This document shows positions 42,807-48,972 of a DNA stretch of 48,972 nt, in pieces; within the stretch, counting starts at the first letter, position 1; each line of letters begins with the position of its first letter. Source of the stretch: an uncultured Clostridia bacterium (lineage in GTDB: Bacteria; Acidobacteriota; Aminicenantia; UBA2199); contig CAZNLS010000003.1 of NCBI GenBank assembly GCA_964573895.1, forward strand, positions 6,976-55,947. The letters are read 5' to 3'. The translations under genes were made by a program, and so were the position numbers. The notes below the pieces were generated by a model. That model had not been told where the DNA came from. It ran no database searches and saw nothing but the letters and a program-made list of their open reading frames with translations.

Positions 42807-45205
42807 TAAAATATTTCCTCTAATGCATTAAGTATATTTTTAAAAAACATTTTTATTGTCAGTTTATCTTTAATGATCCGGTCTGATAAACTGATTCTTT
42901 TACGGTTGTCTCTAATCCAAATACCGAATGCTGAATTTTCAGCAGAAGACCTGACATATATTTCCAGGAAGAGCTTTTTGTTTTCAGGTGAGGCATATGG
43001 ATACCAGAATTTTTTTAAAAAAAAGAGAAAATCAACACTCTTTTTCAATTGAGCACTGTCTGTTGTTTTAAGGAAATTTTCAATTCCTTTATCCAGGTTT
43101 TGTTTGAATCCTCTTTGCAGAAAGAATCGAAATTTTGCAAGAGTCCTTCGTGAAAGGTCCCACAATGTCCCGTATTTTGTTTCTGCCAGACTGTTCCAAA
43201 TTTTAAAAGGGGTCTTACCGAAAGTGAGACCTCTGTATACAAGATAAGGGAAAGGAGCGGATTTTTCATGACCCGGCCTGCCTCTCTCTTTTAAGTTGAT
43301 TCGGGCAACAAAGTGTTCATTGAGACCAAGTTTGTCCAAAACATGGACCCGGGGACCTGAATAATATCCGATATAGCCTACTGTATTATATGCAACCCTT
43401 ATTTTTACTTTAGTTCTCTCCGAGAGATCTCTGTAATTTTTCCCGATTGTCTTCCACATAAAAATAATATCATCATTGATAATATCTTTCAGAGGTATTA
43501 TCCTGTTATGATAAAATGTATATCTCTCATCGGATATTCCGTTAACAAATCCGGTTGTTCCTCTTTTCTGCACGGGGATTACTGCTCTTGATACGAAAAA
43601 CAGTATTACTATTAAAGTAAGAGCCATGTATTTTTTTGCTCGACCTCCCGAAAAAAAGTTGTCAAACATTCCTGATGAAGATAGTGTGAGAAGAATTACC
43701 GAAGGAAGCAGGAATCGTCCGTGCATAAAATCTCCTCCTCCTCGTATTATGAAAAATGTATAAAAGAGTGCTGCAGAGAATAGAATATATCTTTCGTTTT
43801 TCTTTTTCCTGTCAGAATTCTTTTCAAAAAGAAAGATTGACAATGATATTAAAATGATCAGGATAAAAGCACTGCCTTTTAACAGATCGGCAAAGTATTT
43901 AAATCCCTGTGAAAAGTAAGCAGCACTTCCGGATTTTGCATAGAAAGGATTGGGGAACAACGCCCCGTAATATCCCATTCTGAAAATCTCATAGGCGGAA
44001 AGAATAACAATCGGAAGAAGAAGAAATTTCATCAATAACCTGATGCTGTATTTTTTTTTATAAATTTCAAAAAGTATAAGCAGAATGGAGAAGATGAAAA
44101 ATATCCCGAAATCCGGTCTGTTAAGGATAAGGAGAGTTAATGTTATACCGAATTGAAAAGGTTTTTTTATATATGATCTTTTGAATATTTGAAATGCAAA
44201 GAGTATCAGGAGGAGATATGACAATGATGTTTCCAGTCCGCTTGTTCCGAAATCGATAAAACAGCTCATCCCGATCAGGACTGCTCCTGAAAAATTCAAT
44301 GATGGAGTATTTGTCTCATCATCCCTTTTAAATCTGAAGAAAAGAAAGTATAGAAAAATACCTGAAAATAGAACACCGGGAATAACCATTGCACCTTTCG
44401 GGGATAAACCGACTGCTCTTAAAAATGATAATATATAGAACCACAGTGTATGTGTATATCCTTCAACCCGTTCTCCAACATTGAAAACAGGTCCCCTTCC
44501 GGATAAAAAATTTTCTACATGCCTCATTGTTATGAAAGCATCTTCCGAGACCCATGCCAGTCTGATCACAAGATAGATCCCCATATAGAAGAGAAGCATG
44601 GCAAGGGAATATTTCCATCTTTTATTATCTGAATAAATCAGAAATATTGTTGTAAACAGGAGAAAAACCGGGGGAAATATATAAAGAGATTTTAGTGTGA
44701 GGTAATTCCATGGAATTATTTTGTTTATTCTTTTGATTTTGACTTTACCGATAGTAATTTCACGATTTCCGGAAAGAAATTTTATCCGGGGCTCTATCTC
44801 AGTTCTTTTATCGATTCTGTATTCAATATTTTTTTTAGCCGGGAACACTGCAAGAGAATAATTTTCCGAATAAGTGATTTTTTTCCCTTTTTCTGTACTT
44901 ATCTCTATTATGCAATGAAGCGGTCTCTTTACTTCCGATAGAAATGTGAATTCAATTTGGTACAATCCCGGGTTCAGAGATATATACTTTGAGTAAGCAG
45001 CATATATCTCTTTTCTGTTAATATCTCCGGAGTAAATCTCACTCCCGGCGGGCTCTGTTTTTACAAGATCCGATTTAAATCCGGATAGTTCGATAATTCC
45101 TGAATTACCATTGTTGATTAAATCTTTACTGAAGAGTATAAAAAAAACAGTACAAAAACTTAATAAAAGAATGATCGATATAAATTTCCACTCTCTTCTG
45201 TTCAT
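42806..45205 (-). CDS. large polytopic membrane protein, GT-C-fold glycosyltransferase-like
   Basis: 799-aa ORF. It has TM1, a soluble N-terminal domain of about 150 aa, then more than 10 TM segments. The first loop carries WVSEDAFITMRHVENFLSGRGPVFNVGERVEGYTHTLW, which resembles the DDAFI..RY..N...G.G.VFN.GERVEGYT motif of arabinofuranosyltransferase-like GT-C proteins. This assignment is from memory. Confidence 0.5.
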   Translation of the reverse strand: MNRREWKFISIILLLSFCTVFFILFSKDLINNGNSGIIELSGFKSDLVKTEPAGSEIYSGDINRKEIYAAYSKYISLNPGLYQIEFTFLSEVKRPLHCIIEISTEKGKKITYSENYSLAVFPAKKNIEYRIDKRTEIEPRIKFLSGNREITIGKVKIKRINKIIPWNYLTLKSLYIFPPVFLLFTTIFLIYSDNKRWKYSLAMLLFYMGIYLVIRLAWVSEDAFITMRHVENFLSGRGPVFNVGERVEGYTHTLWFYILSFLRAVGLSPKGAMVIPGVLFSGIFLYFLFFRFKRDDETNTPSLNFSGAVLIGMSCFIDFGTSGLETSLSYLLLILFAFQIFKRSYIKKPFQFGITLTLLILNRPDFGIFFIFSILLILFEIYKKKYSIRLLMKFLLLPIVILSAYEIFRMGYYGALFPNPFYAKSGSAAYFSQGFKYFADLLKGSAFILIILISLSIFLFEKNSDRKKKNERYILFSAALFYTFFIIRGGGDFMHGRFLLPSVILLTLSSSGMFDNFFSGGRAKKYMALTLIVILFFVSRAVIPVQKRGTTGFVNGISDERYTFYHNRIIPLKDIINDDIIFMWKTIGKNYRDLSERTKVKIRVAYNTVGYIGYYSGPRVHVLDKLGLNEHFVARINLKERGRPGHEKSAPFPYLVYRGLTFGKTPFKIWNSLAETKYGTLWDLSRRTLAKFRFFLQRGFKQNLDKGIENFLKTTDSAQLKKSVDFLFFLKKFWYPYASPENKKLFLEIYVRSSAENSAFGIWIRDNRKRISLSDRIIKDKLTIKMFFKNILNALEEIF

Positions 45206-45215
45206 TAAAATCCGG

Positions 45216-46808
45216 TTAATTTATATATCCCAGGCTCTTCAACCTCTGCTTCTCCTTTTCGGATAAGGGTCTCTTCCTTCCGGCACTTTTTCGGACTGTT
45301 CTGTTCTCCCGCTCCCATTTCTTCAGTAATATTTTCAATTTTGATTCTATTTTCCAATTACTTCCATATATGTTTTTTCTTTCAAACGAGTCTGTTTCAA
45401 TATTATATAGCCTGTAGCTGTTGTCCATTAAGTTCTTTATCATTTTATAATTTTTCCATATTACAGAAATAAGTTCTATGTGAGATCCGAATTCTTTCTG
45501 TGATACTTCTGCAAAAACCGGTCTTGGAGATATCGATTCCCCAAACAGGTCTTTACCTGAACTTTCCGGTAGAGTACCTATTTTTAAAATTGAACATATT
45601 GTAGGTACGATATCAATATTCGAAACATTATCAGATACCCGGAGAAAATGTCCCTCTTTGAAGTCCGAAGGTGGTTTTATGATTAATGGAACGGAAGTCT
45701 GTTCTCTGTTTAATCCGGTACTATGACCAAGCCAGCCTCTCTCAACGAACTCTTCACCGTGATCGGATGTTATTATTATCAGTGTGTTATCAAACAGATG
45801 TTCCTGTTTTAATGTCTTGATAACCTTAGCAATATATTTGTCTGTAAAAGCAATCTCCGAATCATAACAGTATTTCAGATATTTCAGATCAGTATCAGTG
45901 TACTCTTTTTTCCTTATTTTTTCACGAAGAAAACTGATATCTTTAGATGTAAAAGAGCCTGAATATCCGGATTTTTTTAAGTGGTCGAGATAGATATAGT
46001 GTGGATCAAAATAGTGAAGGAAAAGGAAAAATTTCTCCTTTCCTCTATTTTTTAAAAAATTTATTGCATCCCCGGTTATCCCCGGTGAGCTTATCGAATA
46101 GTGGTTGCCGAATTTTTTGGCTATATTTTCTTCGTTAAAAATATCGAATCCCTGTGAAAAGCCGTAAACTTTCTTTAAGAGTATATGACTGACAATTGCG
46201 TGGGTAAGGTATCCCTCTTCCTTCAATTTTTCTGCAATAGTAAACTCCCTGTCGGCAATTTTGGACACGAGGTTTCTAATTCCGAGTGAAGATGGATATC
46301 TGGATGTGATGAGTGATGATATTGATGGCAAAGTCCAGGGCGAGTTGGAATGAGCACTGCGAAAATATATCTGTTTATTTCCAAGAACGTTTCTGATCTT
46401 TTCTGTGGTTTCTTTTGAAGGACTTTCGAATGATGTGTGATCGTCTCTCAGGGTATCGATAACTATAACAAGGACATTAGGTCTCTTTTCCATTTTTTTT
46501 AGTGTTTTAATAATAAAAAGAGAAAAAGTCAGAATTATCAATATCACAGATATAAATTTGAGTTTCTTATGATTTTTTTTGTGAATCTTAGGGAAAAATA
46601 TCATTAAAAACAGGAAGATGATTATTGCCGGGAGCAATATAATCAAAAATTTATCAAAGAACATTTTAATGATGGTATTAAAATACCCCGCTTCCAAATA
46701 TCTGTTTGAAATAATTTTTCCGAACGGCAATAAAACTACGGATATTATTGTCGATATGGGAATTGCAATAAAAACCGAATTGGAAATTATTTGCAGGCTC
46801 TTTCTCAT
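45216..46808 (-). CDS. membrane-anchored alkaline-phosphatase-superfamily (sulfatase-domain) hydrolase/transferase
   Basis: 530-aa ORF with three N-terminal TM segments. Has the metal-site motif NVLVIVIDTLRDDH, the nucleophile region SNSPWTLPSISSLITSRYPS, and SDHGE later on. Confidence 0.8.
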   Translation of the reverse strand: MRKSLQIISNSVFIAIPISTIISVVLLPFGKIISNRYLEAGYFNTIIKMFFDKFLIILLPAIIIFLFLMIFFPKIHKKNHKKLKFISVILIILTFSLFIIKTLKKMEKRPNVLVIVIDTLRDDHTSFESPSKETTEKIRNVLGNKQIYFRSAHSNSPWTLPSISSLITSRYPSSLGIRNLVSKIADREFTIAEKLKEEGYLTHAIVSHILLKKVYGFSQGFDIFNEENIAKKFGNHYSISSPGITGDAINFLKNRGKEKFFLFLHYFDPHYIYLDHLKKSGYSGSFTSKDISFLREKIRKKEYTDTDLKYLKYCYDSEIAFTDKYIAKVIKTLKQEHLFDNTLIIITSDHGEEFVERGWLGHSTGLNREQTSVPLIIKPPSDFKEGHFLRVSDNVSNIDIVPTICSILKIGTLPESSGKDLFGESISPRPVFAEVSQKEFGSHIELISVIWKNYKMIKNLMDNSYRLYNIETDSFERKNIYGSNWKIESKLKILLKKWERENRTVRKSAGRKRPLSEKEKQRLKSLGYIN

Positions 46809-46827
46809 AACCAGCTGTTCAGAGAGA

Positions 46828-48108
46828 TCATTTTAGTCTTTTTAAAACTCCTTTAAGCATATCCTTATGAATTGTATAGGTTAACATTTTCAGTTTTACA
46901 AAATCTTCACGGAAAAAATAGTATCCCTCGAACTTCCCGTATCTTCCGGAACGTCCTGAGTCTTTGATGAGAAACCAGTCTTTTCCTTTATATCTTTTAT
47001 AACCAACAAGATGTATTCCGTGATCATCATCGGTTGTCTTGTTATAGATCCGGTACTCCCTTGAGTCCTGATTTATATATTTTTCAGGTATATCGAAATC
47101 AGGAATAAAGGCTATGTCTTTCTCACCCAGTTTCCCGGGTTCTGATACATCCCCGCCAATGCAGATAGTATATCCTTGTTTAATTGAATTTTTAATAATA
47201 CCGTACCATTTGTATAGCGGCAGGTTTATATATTCTTTATTGTGCCACCAATTATCCGGGACTTTAAATTCCTGTCTGGTGTAAAACGGATAATACTTCG
47301 TTGACATTATTGAATAGTAATCGCCCATTCTCAACCCGGTGTAATTGTTCAGGAAGCTTAAAGGAGTATATTTTTTCCCCTGGAATGAGAACTCAACCGG
47401 CGGTTTCCCCATATATTTGTCGAGAATAATTCTTATATGAGATAAGTTGTTTCCAATATCCCACAAATTGTTCTTCTTCACATAATCAAGATATGATCTT
47501 AATTCTCTCATCAAAGGAATATGGTCATATTTTTTATTCTTTACTACAAACCCGTTATAGATTTCAGCCGGTACTATTCCATATTTTTTCCAAATCCTTA
47601 TGAGTCCGTTAGATTCTCCTCCTCCGGCTACCAGAGAGTATCCTCTCTCTTTTAAATATCTTGCGGATTTTTCCAGAAGTTCATAATAGACTGTCCACAT
47701 TTCCGATAGTTTGATTTTTTTACCTGTTAGACGATAGATCTCCGATTCAAAATATGAAGTTGTTGAGAAACTCCAGCATGTGCTTGTGTAATATTGAGCA
47801 ACGGGAGGAAAGTGGAAAAGTTTTTTAAAAGCAGAAACTGATTTCGGGGGAAAGACTCCATTCATATCCGTTGAAATGATCTTTCTGTTTTCTCTATCAG
47901 CTTTTTTCAAAGCGGAATTCTTTTTAATTATCTCCTCTGTAATCTTCTTTTTCTCTTTTTTAATATCATTTCTTTTGTTTGCAATAGCTTTTAGAACTTT
48001 GTCTTTTTTATACTTCTTATATTTGACTTTGTTATTGGCGTTCAGATTATTTCCCGACAATAACACACAAAGAAGTAAAAATAATGTTAATGCAATTTTT
48101 TGTCTCAT
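46828..48108 (-). CDS. exported peptidase C1B (aminopeptidase C-like), second paralog
   Basis: 426-aa ORF with a signal peptide (MRQKIALTLFLLLCVLLSGNNLNA) and the active site QYYTSTCWSFS. AAGGAG RBS. Confidence 0.85.
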   Translation of the reverse strand: MRQKIALTLFLLLCVLLSGNNLNANNKVKYKKYKKDKVLKAIANKRNDIKKEKKKITEEIIKKNSALKKADRENRKIISTDMNGVFPPKSVSAFKKLFHFPPVAQYYTSTCWSFSTTSYFESEIYRLTGKKIKLSEMWTVYYELLEKSARYLKERGYSLVAGGGESNGLIRIWKKYGIVPAEIYNGFVVKNKKYDHIPLMRELRSYLDYVKKNNLWDIGNNLSHIRIILDKYMGKPPVEFSFQGKKYTPLSFLNNYTGLRMGDYYSIMSTKYYPFYTRQEFKVPDNWWHNKEYINLPLYKWYGIIKNSIKQGYTICIGGDVSEPGKLGEKDIAFIPDFDIPEKYINQDSREYRIYNKTTDDDHGIHLVGYKRYKGKDWFLIKDSGRSGRYGKFEGYYFFREDFVKLKMLTYTIHKDMLKGVLKRLK

Positions 48109-48141
48109 TTCATCTCCTTGTAGAAAAAATATCAGACAAAA

Positions 48142-48169
48142 ATTATATCATTGAAGTCATTAATTTCAA
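48142..48169 (-). promoter_or_regulatory. sigma70-type promoter for the peptidase/envelope operon
   Basis: On the minus strand: TTGAAA (48164-48169), a 16-nt spacer, then TATAAT (48142-48147), about 33 nt before the ATG at 48108. Confidence 0.55.
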
Positions 48170-48193
48170 ATCAGGGTGGGTTAATTGGTAAAA

Positions 48194-48265
48194 TAGCCCG
48201 TAGGGGAATCGAACCCCTCTTGCAGGGTTGAAAACCCTGTGTCCTAACCGATAGACGAACGGGCC
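48194..48265 (-). tRNA. tRNA-Glu (anticodon UUC)
   Basis: Hand-folded 72-nt cloverleaf. Acceptor stem GGCCCGT/ACGGGCT, D stem GTCT/GGAC, anticodon stem CAGGG/CCCTG with loop TTTTCAA, 4-nt variable loop, and T arm AGGGG-TTCGATT-CCCCT. No CCA is encoded. Confidence 0.93.
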
Positions 48266-48281
48266 AAAATTGTGAAAAATG

Positions 48282-48354
48282 TGAGCCGTGCTGGGCTCGA
48301 ACCAGCGACACCCGCCTTAAAAGGGCGGTGCTCTGCCAACTGAGCTAACGGCCC
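48282..48354 (-). tRNA. tRNA-Lys (anticodon UUU)
   Basis: Hand-folded 73-nt cloverleaf. Acceptor stem GGGCCGT/ACGGCTC, D arm GCTC-AGTTGGCA-GAGC, anticodon stem CCGCC/GGCGG with loop CTTTTAA, and T arm GCTGG-TTCGAGC-CCAGC. No CCA is encoded. Confidence 0.93.
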
Positions 48355-48367
48355 GCATAACGGGAGT

Positions 48368-48396
48368 AATTTAACATAAGTTGCCGTTCGTGTCAA
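48368..48396 (-). promoter_or_regulatory. candidate promoter for the tRNA-Lys/tRNA-Glu pair
   Basis: On the minus strand: TTGACA (48391-48396), a 17-nt spacer, then TAAATT (48368-48373), 13 nt before the tRNA-Lys 5' end. Confidence 0.5.
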
Positions 48397-48431
48397 TAAA
48401 ATGGAGTAGATACAAATGTTTAATTTTACAG

Positions 48432-48647
48432 TTATTCTCCCATTTTCTGCTTGAGTTTTTGAACTTTTGCTTTCGGTATATATTGAGTGATGAATCCGCA
48501 ATTAAGGCAGACAAATGACCTTGTTTTAAATCCATAAACAGTAAACACATTACTCGGGACAAAAATATTTACTCCTCCGCTGAGATAACCAAAACAGAGT
48601 TCTTTACTTCCACATGCAATACACGATGGGTCTACTTCGGAAAGCAT
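48432..48647 (-). CDS. small zinc-ribbon protein, unknown function
   Basis: 71-aa ORF with a GGAGGTG RBS 6 nt upstream. Has two CxxC pairs (CIAC and CLNC). Preferred over the overlapping ORF at 48371-48562. Confidence 0.65.
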   Translation of the reverse strand: MLSEVDPSCIACGSKELCFGYLSGGVNIFVPSNVFTVYGFKTRSFVCLNCGFITQYIPKAKVQKLKQKMGE

Positions 48648-48757
48648 GAACCACCTCCATTTAAATATTGTAACAGAGAAAAAAACTTATTTAAACAGTT
48701 AAATTACTGTAACAGAACAGTGTTTTTATATATAATCGCTAAAACAGGAAAATAAAA

Positions 48758-48972
48758 GTGAAAGTATATTTTGCAATTCTAATGGCTGTTGTGGCATATA
48801 CTGCTTTATCATCGGGATTCGTACTCCAGAAAAAAGGGATTGGCTGGATTGGCTGGGAAGGGAAAAAAGAACGAAAATTTTATATTTACTTCATCATCTT
48901 GTTTTTTGGGTTTTTTATAAAGAATATATATAGGACTCCGAGTGCCATTGCACTCACAACAATCTCAATCCC
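48758..48972 (+). CDS. partial (5' end only) membrane protein, possibly DMT/NIPA-like
   Basis: An open frame runs from GTG at 48758 to the window end (VKVYFAILMAVVAYTALSSGFVLQKKGIGW...). It is hydrophobic and truncated by the window edge. Confidence 0.35.
   Translation, partial: MKVYFAILMAVVAYTALSSGFVLQKKGIGWIGWEGKKERKFYIYFIILFFGFFIKNIYRTPSAIALTTISI

Noticed and set aside
48244-48562. Two minus-strand ORFs (85 aa and 63 aa) in the ORF track
   Set aside because: The first is laid over the tRNA-Lys and tRNA-Glu genes. The second overlaps, out of frame, the better-supported Zn-ribbon ORF at 48432-48647, which has a GGAGGTG RBS.
1-48972. CRISPR arrays, rRNA genes, IS elements, integrases, prophage or toxin-antitoxin/defence cassettes
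   Set aside because: Reading both strands, I saw no repeat-spacer periodicity, no rRNA-like segments, no transposase, integrase or recombinase motifs, and no long inverted terminal repeats. The only repeats found are the short operator-like motifs listed above.

Overview
AT-rich (by eye about one-third G+C), gene-dense bacterial chromosome segment. It has diderm hallmarks: a LolA-like protein, a barrel-like protein ending in Phe, and an MMPL/RND exporter. No CRISPR array, rRNA, transposase or integrase was seen. In order, the window holds: (1) purA. (2) An uncharacterised protein with homing-endonuclease-associated repeats. (3) Thioredoxin, convergent with class II ribonucleotide reductase nrdJ. 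(4) A compact dcw cluster, mraZ-rsmH-ftsL-ftsI-murE-murF-murD-ftsW-murC-ftsQ-ftsA-ftsZ, with no mraY, murG, murB or ddl; it runs straight into hutI, a Memo-like AmmeMemoRadiSam-B gene and a DUF1643 gene. (5) On the minus strand, glmS-ugd and a hyuA-hyuB-NRAMP-like operon. (6) A LolA-like/OMP/MMPL export module. (7) A GYD protein. (8) Divergent exported C1B and C69 peptidases. (9) mnmA. (10) A four-gene minus-strand envelope operon: C1B peptidase, alkaline-phosphatase-superfamily enzyme, GT-C-like membrane protein, beta-propeller. (11) tRNA-Lys(UUU) and tRNA-Glu(UUC). (12) A Zn-ribbon protein. The best candidate for an undescribed system is the minus-strand locus 39021-40743. It encodes a 95-aa Cys/Gly-rich peptide with a lasso-type YxxP leader and six CxxG repeats. 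Downstream are a PqqD-family RiPP recognition protein and an HprK-like P-loop kinase. Upstream is an unlisted 59-codon ORF, coupled to the peptide gene by a GTGA overlap. No radical-SAM enzyme, lasso cyclase, leader protease or dedicated exporter occurs anywhere in the window. A second notable locus is hyuAB, cotranscribed with an NRAMP-fold transporter whose canonical metal ligands (DPGN, MPH) are replaced by GPGT and VPY. All family assignments come from motif recognition by eye and need HMM or BLAST confirmation.
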